A DNA stretch of 64,000 nucleotides, from the NCBI GenBank assembly GCA_045628545.1, contig JAZQPI010000018.1:3643-67642 (forward strand). The letters are read 5' to 3'. This document shows, one piece after another, positions 48,401 to 56,665 of the stretch (position 1 is its first letter; each line of letters opens with the position of its first letter). The notes under the pieces are model-generated. The model saw only the letters and a list, made by a program, of their open reading frames with translations. It had not been told where the DNA came from and did no database searches. Position numbers and translations under genes: made by a program. This DNA is from Kiritimatiellia bacterium. Its GTDB lineage: Bacteria > Verrucomicrobiota > Kiritimatiellia > RFP12 > UBA1067.

Positions 48401-48613
48401 CTGCCGCTGGTGTGGGCGACGGGGGCGGGGGCGAACGCCCGTCGGGCGATCGGCGTCACCGCCTTTTCGGGGATGCTCGCCTCGTCGCTGGTCGGCATCC
48501 TCTTCGTCCCGGTCCTCTTCGCCGTCTTCCAAAGGCTTGGCGACAAGATGGATCTGAAGTGGCGGCAGGCTGGAGAAAGAGATAGTGGTGCGGGCGCTTC
48601 GGACATCAAATAG
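45425..48613 (+). CDS. RND (HAE1) efflux permease, second
   Basis: GTVVDDAIVVVERV, GLAAKNAILIVEF, RFRAVLMTAF. Confidence 0.95.
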   Translation: MKLSVRAAVDQLRPFSRYFIERPRFATVIPLVMIIAGVVSLLRLPMAQYPEVTPPVITVQCAYPGASTHELMQTVAEVIEDEVNGVERMLFMSSTMSDDGSYRLGITFDVGTDRDVALMKVQSRVQQAMSRLPVEVRDCGINVSAGVVEMIGIVNVWSRDGGLSRLQISDYVNETLRPELQRVPDVGLVATDALRSTIRVWIDPLRCAAQSIGSDEIIEVIRRQNVQAALGTVGQLPSQDSPQLVTLRSEGRLSSPEEFGEMIVKRDGNGSVVRLKDIARIEVGPQSYRTSAAYNNRDAVTLYVFRTYDCNAVTMMDGVRDCVRKLERTFPGDLEWDVSYDATRFICASVRESMVTLVMSIVLVALVCWLFMRSWRATLIPVAVIPVSVLATFTVMAACGYSLNALTMFGLILAIGTVVDDAIVVVERVQFLIEKGLNAKEAAIHAMQDVTGAVIATTLVLLGIFLPTAFLTGMTSMLYRQFAITISAAVTFSTVCALTLSPALCALLLKPEEPACGKRNGLRMFEVLLDRLSTKCAVFSGRLVARPVSAMVMLTVILLWSVHLGRTLPDSFVPTEDRCLLFANVHFPDGCTRPRTERLCRKLADEFRAVDGVAGVTSLIGEGDGGECENLGYFNIMLRSWQEREQSGRSWEAILEDIRAIGNRVPAADFHAYTGAPIPGLGSGGTVSFGISSNDSDWHRLMQVAERVKRRLDDSPLIKATYTDSYDSMPYCQLTVNRAKCESYQVPVGTLFSTLQHYIGSYYVNDVNLGSQVNRVVIQADERGRDSVEAARRVFVKSQTGAMVPVDSLVSTEMTVDGRWCTRYNKRLITNLMSVPKPGVSTGDAMREIGRILAESLPADYFPEWQGATWHENREQGKVLPILALAVLFGYLFLVAQYESWLMPVPVMLSVVVAILGAFIGLWCAGLPTSVYSRLGMILLIGLAAKNAILIVEFSKEAHDRDNLPVRSAAAVGVIERFRAVLMTAFTFVLGVLPLVWATGAGANARRAIGVTAFSGMLASSLVGILFVPVLFAVFQRLGDKMDLKWRQAGERDSGAGASDIK

Positions 48614-48624
48614 GAAGGAGAAAC

Positions 48625-49515
48625 ATGCTGATTGCGGTGGTGTGTATTTGCGGAGCGGTAGTGGCCGTAGCGGTCGGATGGGTGATGTGGGTGTGCCTTC
48701 GCCCGATGACCTTCTGCCTGACGTTTGACGACGGCTTCAAGGCCCATGCCGAGATTGCAGGGCCGATGTTGAGGCAGAGGGGATGGGTCGGCGCGTTCAA
48801 TGTCCCTACGAGCGTCATTGGCGGCGGTAGGCTGACAAGTGAACAGGTGGCGGACCTTTGCCTCGTGGGGAATGAGGATCGGCGAATGACCTGGGATGAT
48901 GTCCGGAACCTGCTCAAGGCGGGGCATGAGGTTTATCCGCATACATGTGACCATGCGGATCTTCCGACGCTTGAACGGGCGAAGCAGACTCGAGAATTGG
49001 ATCGACAGGTTGCTGAGGCGAAACAGACGTTCATTGAGCAAACCGGTGTCGTTCCGCGCTATTTCTGCTTGCCGCATGATTCGTGTACGCCGACGGTTGA
49101 GGCGTTGATTCGCCGCTATGGAATGGAGCCGTTCTCGCATTCCCGCCAGAACTTTGGCCGTGTCTGGGGTGATGGACATTCGCTGCGCGACGTTACCAGT
49201 TTCCTGTTGAGCCGCTTTGGGTGCGGAGAACGGCATGTCGACTTAATGATCCATGGAATCGACCGTGCTCAAGGCGGATGGATGCCATTTGAAGATGTCG
49301 CGGATTTCATTCGCTTTCTAGATGAAATTGCCGCGGTGGAGAAGACTGGCAAGATACGCGCCGTTTCCTATTCGAGTGCGCATTCGCCGCATGAGCAGAC
49401 CAGTTCTTTCATCCGACGCTATCAGCTGCTTGCGGATAAGACTCGCCGGGCGTATTTCAAGCTGCTGAAGCGGCGGAAGGTTGAAAGGACCCGTTTGGAT
49501 GATGGCCGGGCTTAA
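48625..49515 (+). CDS. Polysaccharide deacetylase (CE4/NodB) with N-terminal TM
   Basis: LTFDDG, MTWDDVR, GHEVYPHTCDH, FCLPH. Confidence 0.85.
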   Translation: MLIAVVCICGAVVAVAVGWVMWVCLRPMTFCLTFDDGFKAHAEIAGPMLRQRGWVGAFNVPTSVIGGGRLTSEQVADLCLVGNEDRRMTWDDVRNLLKAGHEVYPHTCDHADLPTLERAKQTRELDRQVAEAKQTFIEQTGVVPRYFCLPHDSCTPTVEALIRRYGMEPFSHSRQNFGRVWGDGHSLRDVTSFLLSRFGCGERHVDLMIHGIDRAQGGWMPFEDVADFIRFLDEIAAVEKTGKIRAVSYSSAHSPHEQTSSFIRRYQLLADKTRRAYFKLLKRRKVERTRLDDGRA

Positions 49516-50638
49516 TTCGCCTGGATCGGCGCGAAAGCCGAGCGCCAAAGGCCGTTTTCGCCGCTTTCAGGGCTATGACTATTCGCGCGGGGCGGCGATG
49601 TTCATCACCATTGTCGTCGAGCCTCGGCGGCCCCTGTTTGGCGCGATTCGGGGGGCCAAGCTCGTGAAGACTCCGCTTGGAGAAGCCGTGGCGCGTCGGC
49701 TGGCGGAGATCGGCGAGCAACCCGGCATTCGGCTTTTCAATTCGGTGGTGATGACCGACCATGTTCATTTTCAGCTTCATCTTCGCGCGGGGCTCGACGA
49801 ACCGCTGACGGTGCTTGGGCGGGCAATCGGGCGCTTCAAGAGTCTTTGCGCCAAGGACTATCACGAGATCTGCGGCGAGTCGGGCTCTCTCTGGCAACAG
49901 GGCTATCACGATTGGATTTGCCAGTCGAAGGAGATGATCGACGCGGTCAACCGTTACATCGACTACAATCCGCTCAAGTTCGAGCTTCGTTGGAATCAGC
50001 CCGAGTCCCTGGCGATTCATGAGCCGCTTGCCGCCTGGCGACTCTTGCCTGATGAATTCTGGCGCGGCATCGGGGCGGTCGAGCTCCTCGACGGCGAGTT
50101 GCCATTCGTCGCTCTGCGCGTCAGTCGCACGATGACGGCGCGGCAAATCGACGAGGCCAAACGTCGAATCGCGGCGAAGGCCGGGGGGTTCGTCTTTGTC
50201 GGGGGCTGGATAAGCCCGGGTGAAAAGGCGATTCGCGATTTGCTTCTAAGCGACCCTCGGGGAAAGATCGTTGAGCTGCTGCCGTCGGCGATGCCCCACG
50301 ACTACAAGGTCGGCAGCCAGTGGCTTGAGGCGATTCGCGATCGCCGCGCGGCCATTATCGCGAAAGGCAACAGCGAGGTCGAGTTCTCGCGCGCGGCCTG
50401 CCTCGACCTTAACGCGGCGGCGGCGAAGATTTCGCAAGGGCAAGCCCGAGAGTCGCAAGGGCAAGCCCTTGCTTCAGGACAGCTGGGCGGCGAATCGGGC
50501 GGGGGGCTGGGCGGCGAGTCGGGCTGGCGGCTGGGCGGCGAAGCGGGCGGGCGGCTGGGCGGCGAATCGGGCGGGGGTTTGGCTCGGGCCGGTTGGGCGG
50601 TTTACTGGAAGGCGACTGGACCGGAGGTAATTTCCTGA
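49499..50638 (+). mobile_element. REP-associated tyrosine transposase-like (Y1 HUH) protein with a C-terminal DprA/SLOG-like domain
   Basis: GYDYSRGAAMFITI, VVMTDHVHF (HUH), LWQQGYHDWI, YIDYNP; C-terminal FVGGWISPGEKA. Confidence 0.75.
50482..50577. repeat. Four 24-bp tandem repeats inside the RAYT-like 3' end
   Basis: gctgggcggcga(a/g)(t/g)cgggc... x4, encoding LGGESGGG-like units; tcgcaagggcaagccc x2 just upstream. Confidence 0.9.
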
Positions 50639-50692
50639 CGACACCGCTTGCGGTGTCAGTAATGGAGAAAACAATAGGTACGGAGGGTCGAT

Positions 50693-51225
50693 ATGCGCAC
50701 GGAGTTCGGTAAAACGTTCGCGGCGTTTCTGGCCGCGTTTTTCGCGGCGGCAAGGTTGCCCGTCGCCTCGGCTGAGGCGTGGCTGGTGCCGCCGTACACG
50801 CTCTATCCGATGGTCGAGGACGAGGGCGTGCCGACGCCGATCTTCTTCACCAAGGTCTGCGAACCTGGAAAGACCGAAGAGAAGGACGCGTCCTATGTGA
50901 TACTTGGCATTTGGGGCCGCCAGTCGTATCAGGTCGTGCAGCAGTCCTATGCGGGCAAACTGAAGATTCCCGAAAAACTGGACGGGCTGCCGGTCCGGGG
51001 CGTGATGCCGTTCGGCTTTTCGCTCTGCCAGAGGCTGACTGACGTCGAATTCCCGGCGACACCCCGGTGATTTCGTACGAGCCGCGGCTCACGTCCGCCG
51101 AGGCGTCGAAGCGCGTTTACACGGTTTACGGGAAAGTGCGGCTGTCCGACTCCGGCTGGACGGTCGTCCCGTCCGGTCGCACCGGCGACTACAACTTCTT
51201 CAAGGTGTCCGTCCGCATGAAGTGA
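50693..51225 (+). pseudogene. Internally deleted BspA-like leucine-rich-repeat surface protein
   Basis: Signal peptide and first LRR5-like unit (LKIPEKLDGLPV...FSLCQRLTDVEFP), stop at 51070; an out-of-frame C-terminal domain ...VYGKVRLSD..W...FFKVSVRMK ends at 51225. Confidence 0.55.
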
Positions 51226-51339
51226 GCGCGCGACGGCCATTCTAACACTTAAACTGCGGACGCAAGAAAATTGCACCCGCTGGCTTGCAATCTGTGTGCC
51301 GATTTTAGTATAATATACGATTCACAGGAAGGAAATAGG

Positions 51340-51657
51340 ATGAATAACGAACTCTTGAAGCGCGCCCATGAGAAGGTCCCGTCGGTTCCCGTTCTGGTGA
51401 ACCTCATTTCGAAGCGCGAACGCGAGCTGATCAACGGCGAGAAGCCGCTGATCAATCCGTCGACGCTGTTGACGGACGAGGACCGCGCCAACAACCGCTC
51501 GGCGCTGGACATCGACAAGTGCGACATCGCCCTGGCCGAGGTCGCGGAGGGCAAGCTCATCGCCGAAATCGACTTTGACGCGATCGCCCGCGCCGAGAGG
51601 GCCAAGACGAAGTGGACCGAGCGCCATGTCAGCATCAGCTCGCTGATGGCCGACTGA
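51340..51657 (+). CDS. rpoZ: RNA polymerase omega subunit
   Basis: LVNLISKRERELINGEKPLI...DIALAEVAEGKL; promoter TTGCAA-18-TATAAT at 51285-51314. Confidence 0.8.
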   Translation: MNNELLKRAHEKVPSVPVLVNLISKRERELINGEKPLINPSTLLTDEDRANNRSALDIDKCDIALAEVAEGKLIAEIDFDAIARAERAKTKWTERHVSISSLMAD

Positions 51658-51661
51658 CGGT

Positions 51662-52129
51662 TTGGCAGGAGCCGATTTGGGCGCGAAGCCGTTTAATCCC
51701 GTTTTCGCCGAAAACCGCAAGGCCCGGCATGACTATACCGTACTCGACGCCGTCGAGTGCGGTATAGTGCTAACCGGCACCGAGGTGAAGTCCGTCCGTC
51801 ACGGGGGCGTCAACCTCGGGGGCAGCTACGGCGCCGTCCTGAAGGGCGAGCTCTGGCTCGTCGGCGCGGATATCGCCGCCTATGCGTTCGGCAACCGCTT
51901 CAACCACGAGCCGAAGTCCATGCGCAAGCTGCTCGTCCACGCCAAGGAGGTGCGCGAACTCCAGCTCAAGAGCGAGGCCAAGGGGCTGACGCTCGTGCCG
52001 CTGAAGGCCTACCTCAAGAACGGACGGGTCAAGATTTCGCTCGGAATCTGCCGCGGCAAGGCCGCGCACGACAAGCGTGACGCGCTGCGCGAAAAAGCGG
52101 TGCGCAGAGACCTTGAAAGAGGCGGTTGA
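51662..52129 (+). CDS. smpB: SsrA-binding protein
   Basis: ENRKARHDY, GIVLTGTEVKS, RKLLVH, GLTLVPL, GKAAHDKR. Confidence 0.96.
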   Translation: MAGADLGAKPFNPVFAENRKARHDYTVLDAVECGIVLTGTEVKSVRHGGVNLGGSYGAVLKGELWLVGADIAAYAFGNRFNHEPKSMRKLLVHAKEVRELQLKSEAKGLTLVPLKAYLKNGRVKISLGICRGKAAHDKRDALREKAVRRDLERGG

Positions 52130-52175
52130 TTTTTGCTATAATATTTAGAATCTTAATAACAAGGAGACTCACATT

Positions 52176-53558
52176 ATGTCGATGATGAAAGGTTTTTCGA
52201 ATGCGTTCCGGATCCCGGAGTTGCGCAAGAAAATCCTGATTACGCTCGGGCTGGTTTTCGTCTGCCGTCTGATTTCGCAGATTCCGACGCCCGGCGTTGA
52301 CTGGCGGGCGCTGCAGGGCGTCATCGAAACGGCGCGTCAGACCTCGCAGGGCGGCGGCCTTCTTGACTGGTTCGACGTCTTCACCGGCGGTGCGCTGGGG
52401 CAGTGCGCGATCGGCTTCCTGTCGATCTGGCCCTACATCTCCGCGCAGATCGTCATCCAGCTGCTGTCGTCCGTGATCCCGGCGCTGGAGAAGATGAAGA
52501 AAGACGGCGAGTCCGGCCGGCAGCAGCTGGCGCAGGTCACGCGCTATCTGACGATCGTCCTCTGCGTCGTCCAGTCGTGGGGCATCGCGACGATGCTGAG
52601 CCATCCGGGCGCGCTCGGTCCCGCGTTCTCGGGCGTGGAGATCGTGGCCAATCCGGGTCTCGGCTTCAACCTGATGACGGTGATCGGCATGACTTCGGCG
52701 TCGCTCTTCGTCATGTGGCTGGCCGACCAGATCACGACCTTCGGCATCGGCAACGGCGCGTCGCTCATCATCATGATCAACATCACCTCGCGTCTCCCGC
52801 AGGCGCTGATCAGCGCGTGGGAGCGCTACTTCGGTCTCGCCGGCGTCCAGTCTTCCGCGCCGATCGCCGAGCTGCCGATCCTGGTGCTGTTCTTCCTGGC
52901 GGTCGTGATGGGCACGGTGATGCTCACTCAGGGCGTCCGCAAGATCGCGATCCATTCGACGCGCCGCTCGGTCGGCGGCGGGAACTCCTACGGCATGCAG
53001 CAGACGTTCATGCCGCTCAGGGTCAACTACACGGGCGTCATGCCGATCATCTTCGCGCAGCCGGTGATCCAGATCGTCTCGGCGGTGGTCATGAAGTTCA
53101 CCGCCACGGGCTCGAAGGTCCACCAGATCGCGCAGGACCTGTCGAACCCCACCGTCCTGCACATGGTCGTCTACGCGGTCTTGATCATGTTCTTCGCGTT
53201 CTTCTGGGTGGCGACGCAGTTCAACGCGATCGACATCTCCGAGAACCTGAAGAAAGACGGCTCCTATGTCCCGGGCATCCGTCCCGGCCGCGCGACCGCC
53301 GAGTATCTCGACGACGTGATGACGAAGTTGACGCTCATCGGCGGCACGGGGCTGCTGCTCGTGGCGCTGGTGCCGATGCTGCTCATGGGCTGGATCAACG
53401 TGCCCTGGGCGATCGCCTCGTTCTTCGGCGGCACGTCGCTGCTGATTATCGTCGGCGTGGCGCTCGACACGCTCCGCGTGATGGAGTCGCACCTGCTGGT
53501 GCGCAAGTACGACGGGTTCCTCGCCCACGGCACGCTCCGCGGCCGCGGCGGGATGTGA
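52176..53558 (+). CDS. secY: Preprotein translocase subunit SecY
   Basis: PYISAQIVIQLL, GIGNGASLII, GVMPIIFA, PGIRPG, FFGGTSLLIIVGV; own promoter TTGAAA-18-TATAAT (52113-52142). Confidence 0.96.
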   Translation: MSMMKGFSNAFRIPELRKKILITLGLVFVCRLISQIPTPGVDWRALQGVIETARQTSQGGGLLDWFDVFTGGALGQCAIGFLSIWPYISAQIVIQLLSSVIPALEKMKKDGESGRQQLAQVTRYLTIVLCVVQSWGIATMLSHPGALGPAFSGVEIVANPGLGFNLMTVIGMTSASLFVMWLADQITTFGIGNGASLIIMINITSRLPQALISAWERYFGLAGVQSSAPIAELPILVLFFLAVVMGTVMLTQGVRKIAIHSTRRSVGGGNSYGMQQTFMPLRVNYTGVMPIIFAQPVIQIVSAVVMKFTATGSKVHQIAQDLSNPTVLHMVVYAVLIMFFAFFWVATQFNAIDISENLKKDGSYVPGIRPGRATAEYLDDVMTKLTLIGGTGLLLVALVPMLLMGWINVPWAIASFFGGTSLLIIVGVALDTLRVMESHLLVRKYDGFLAHGTLRGRGGM

Positions 53559-53620
53559 GGCCTTCTTCCGGTTCAATTTTCTAAACGTCCCTTGCGGGAC
53601 ATCAAGGAGTAAAAACAAAC

Positions 53621-55567
53621 ATGGCAAAGACGCCGAAATTCACGAACGCCAAGGTGTTCGACTGGGTTGACAAGTGGAACAAGATCTGCACGCCCGACAA
53701 GATCGTCGTGGTGACCGGATCGAAGAAGGAGCATCTTGACATCTGCGAGATGATGGTCAAGAAGGGCCAGTTCGTCAAGCTGAACCCGAAGACGCGTCCC
53801 GACTGCTATCTCGCCCGTTCGCACGAGTCCGACGTCGCGCGCGTCGAGGGTCGTACGTTCATTTGCTCCAAGCGCGAGATCGACGCGGGCCCGACGAACC
53901 ACTGGATGGCCCCCGAGCAGATGAAGAAGCTCATGACGAAGAGCTACACCGGATGCATGAAGGGCCGCACGATGTACGTCATCCCGTTCGCGATGGGCCC
54001 GATCGGCAACCCGATCACCCAGTACGGCATCGAGCTGACCGACTCTCCCTATGTCGTCGTCAACATGAACATCATGACCCGCACGGGCGACGCGGTTCTC
54101 CGCCAGCTCGGCCGCGACGGCGGCTTCATCCCCTGCATCCACTCCGTGGGCGCGCCGCTGAAGAAGGGCCAGAAGGACGTCGCCTGGCCGTGCGCCAAGA
54201 ACATCGAGGACAAGTTCATCACCCAGTTCCCCGAAGAGCGCCAGATCTGGTCGTTCGGTTCGGGCTACGGCGGGAACGCCCTCCTCGGCAAGAAGTGCTT
54301 CGCGCTGCGCATCGCCTCGAAGCTCGCGAAGGACGAGGGCTGGATGGCCGAGCACATGCTCATCCTCACGCTCACGAGCCCCGAGAAGAAGCAGTACCAC
54401 GTCACCGCGGCGTTCCCGTCCGCGTGCGGCAAGACCAACCTCGCGATGATGCTCCCGAAGCTCCCCGGCTGGACGCTGCAGACGATCGGCGACGATATCG
54501 CCTGGCTGAAGCCCGGCGAGGACGGCCGTCTCTACGCGATCAACCCCGAGAACGGCTTCTTCGGCGTGGCTCCGGGCACTTCGAACGACTCGAACCCGAA
54601 CGCGCTCAAGAGCTGCAAGAAGGGTACGATCTTCACGAACGTCGTGCTGACTCCCGACGGCGACATCTGGTGGGAAGACATGGGCATCGACGCTCCTGAA
54701 GAGGGCATCGACTGGAAGGGCAACCCCTGCTACCGCTGCGTCGACGACAAGCGCCGCATGGGTCCGAAGCCGGGCATGACCAAGGCCCAGGTGAAGGAGC
54801 TCAAGTACGTCGCCGCCCACAAGAACAGCCGCTTCACGGCTCCGGCCGAGAACTGCCCGGTCCTGGACAAGGCCGGCTTCAACGGCAAGTTCAACGGCAA
54901 GTCGACCGGCGTGCCGATTGACGCGATCCTCTTCGGCGGCCGTCGTCCTTCGACGATCCCGCTGGGGGACGGGGCGAAGGGCTGGACGCACGGCGTGTTC
55001 ATGGGCTCCGCCGCCGGTTCGGAAGTGACGGCCGCCGTCATCTCCGACAAGATCGGCCAGGTCCGCCGCGATCCGATGGCGATGCTGCCGTTCTTCGGCT
55101 ACAATGTCGCGGACTATTTCCAGCACTGGCTGGAGATGGAGCGCACCTCCGCCGACGCGTCGAAGCTCCCGAAGATCTACTTCGTCAACTGGTTCCGCAA
55201 GACGGACAAGGGCGAGTTCATGTGGCCGGGCTTCGGCGACAACTCCCGCGTCCTCAAGTGGATCTGCCAGCGTATCGAGGGCAAGGTCGGCTGCCAGAAG
55301 ACGGCGATCGGCAACCTCCCGAAGGCCGCGGACATCGATCTCACCAACAACACCGGCAAGGACACGGTGAATCCGAAGTTCCTCAAGGAGATCCTCAAGG
55401 TCGACGTCGAGGGCTGGAAGAAGGAGATCAAGACGGTCGGCGAAAGCTACGACCAGTACGACGCCATGCCGTCCAAGGACTCGACGGTCGCCTCCAAGAC
55501 GGCCCGCCGCGTTCCGTTGGCTCTCCGCCAGGTTTTGGCCGACGTCGCGGCGGCCCTCGGCAAGTGA
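53621..55567 (+). CDS. pckG: Phosphoenolpyruvate carboxykinase (GTP)
   Basis: DVARVE, SGYGGNALLGKKCFALR, FPSACGKTNLAM, GDDIAW, NPENGFFGVAPGT, VNWFR. Confidence 0.96.
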   Translation: MAKTPKFTNAKVFDWVDKWNKICTPDKIVVVTGSKKEHLDICEMMVKKGQFVKLNPKTRPDCYLARSHESDVARVEGRTFICSKREIDAGPTNHWMAPEQMKKLMTKSYTGCMKGRTMYVIPFAMGPIGNPITQYGIELTDSPYVVVNMNIMTRTGDAVLRQLGRDGGFIPCIHSVGAPLKKGQKDVAWPCAKNIEDKFITQFPEERQIWSFGSGYGGNALLGKKCFALRIASKLAKDEGWMAEHMLILTLTSPEKKQYHVTAAFPSACGKTNLAMMLPKLPGWTLQTIGDDIAWLKPGEDGRLYAINPENGFFGVAPGTSNDSNPNALKSCKKGTIFTNVVLTPDGDIWWEDMGIDAPEEGIDWKGNPCYRCVDDKRRMGPKPGMTKAQVKELKYVAAHKNSRFTAPAENCPVLDKAGFNGKFNGKSTGVPIDAILFGGRRPSTIPLGDGAKGWTHGVFMGSAAGSEVTAAVISDKIGQVRRDPMAMLPFFGYNVADYFQHWLEMERTSADASKLPKIYFVNWFRKTDKGEFMWPGFGDNSRVLKWICQRIEGKVGCQKTAIGNLPKAADIDLTNNTGKDTVNPKFLKEILKVDVEGWKKEIKTVGESYDQYDAMPSKDSTVASKTARRVPLALRQVLADVAAALGK

Positions 55568-56583
55568 GCGGACGCTTCGAGTCTGCATTGAACAAGGCGC
55601 TCGAAGCGCCTTACGGCATCCCGGCGAGCACCATCGCCGGGATGCTTGTTTACGACGACCCCGGCTTCGAGTCCGACCTCTTCGCGGCGGCGCGCGAGGT
55701 GAAGACCCGCTGCGGAAAAACCGCTGTCCTGCCGCGCGGACTGATCGAAGTCTCGAACGTCTGTTCGCGCGACTGCCTTTACTGCGGCATTCGGCGCTCG
55801 AACGCGAAGACCGCGCGCTATTCGCTGTCGGAGGACCAGGTGGCCGCCTGCATCGACGAAGCTCGCCGCCGCGGTTATCCGGCGGTGGCGTTTCAGGCGG
55901 GCGAGGTCGCGAGCGAGGCGAACACGTGCTTTTACGAACGGATACTTCGCCGTTGCCGAGGGCTGGAGGTGACGCTTTCGCTCGGCGAGCAGACCGAGGA
56001 TGTCTATCGGCGCTGGAAAGATGCGGCCGGGGACGGAGTCCTGCGGTATCTGATCCGCATCGAGACGTCTAACCGCGAGCTGTTTTCCGCCATCCATCTC
56101 GCGGGACAGTCCTTTGACGACCGCCTCGCCTGCATCCGCACGCTGAAACGCCTCGGCTACGTCACGGGCTCCGGAGTGATGATCGGGCTTCCGGGACAGA
56201 CCGCGGCGGATCTGGCCGCGGACATCGTCTTTTTCGGACGCGAACGGCTGGACATGGTGGGCATGGGGCCTTTTGTTCCGCATGCCGATACGCCGCTCGG
56301 GCGGACGTCTGACGTTGTTTCGGCTGAGGCGCGGCTCTCGCTCGCCTTGAGGATGATCGCGCTGACGCGGCTTTATCTTCACGGCGTCAACATTGTCGCC
56401 GCGTCGGCGCTGGAGGCGCTCGACCCGGGTGCGGGCCGGAGTAGGGGCATTGACGCGGGCGCGAACGTCATTATGCCGGTGCTGACGCCGTCGAACCGCC
56501 GGGCGGCTTACGACCTCTATCCCGGCAAGGCGAGGTGCGCCGAGGAAATTTCCAATCCTGTTTTCAACGCGCGGTCCCCTTGA
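55564..56583 (+). CDS. HydE/PylB/BioB-like radical SAM protein
   Basis: RGLIEVSNVCSRDCLYCGIR (CxxxCxxC), TLSLGE, GSGVMIGLPGQ, GANVIMP, YDLYPGK. Confidence 0.82.
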   Translation: MSGRFESALNKALEAPYGIPASTIAGMLVYDDPGFESDLFAAAREVKTRCGKTAVLPRGLIEVSNVCSRDCLYCGIRRSNAKTARYSLSEDQVAACIDEARRRGYPAVAFQAGEVASEANTCFYERILRRCRGLEVTLSLGEQTEDVYRRWKDAAGDGVLRYLIRIETSNRELFSAIHLAGQSFDDRLACIRTLKRLGYVTGSGVMIGLPGQTAADLAADIVFFGRERLDMVGMGPFVPHADTPLGRTSDVVSAEARLSLALRMIALTRLYLHGVNIVAASALEALDPGAGRSRGIDAGANVIMPVLTPSNRRAAYDLYPGKARCAEEISNPVFNARSP

Positions 56584-56665
56584 TTTTTCCCTCTGCATTA
56601 TGGTATAATTTAACAAACACTTGACAAGTGCAAGTGGGTGAATAGTATACTGGAGAGCTCCGTAG

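Noticed and set aside
50482-50577. CRISPR-like 24-bp repeats
   Set aside because: Contiguous in-frame repeats with no spacers.
51662-52175. tmRNA (ssrA) next to smpB
   Set aside because: The flanking gaps are under 50 bp, leaving no room for it.
54955-54985. Odd PLGDGAKG segment in PEPCK
   Set aside because: A local G-rich run replaces the expected PLVxEA-like motif; more likely base-calling noise than biology.
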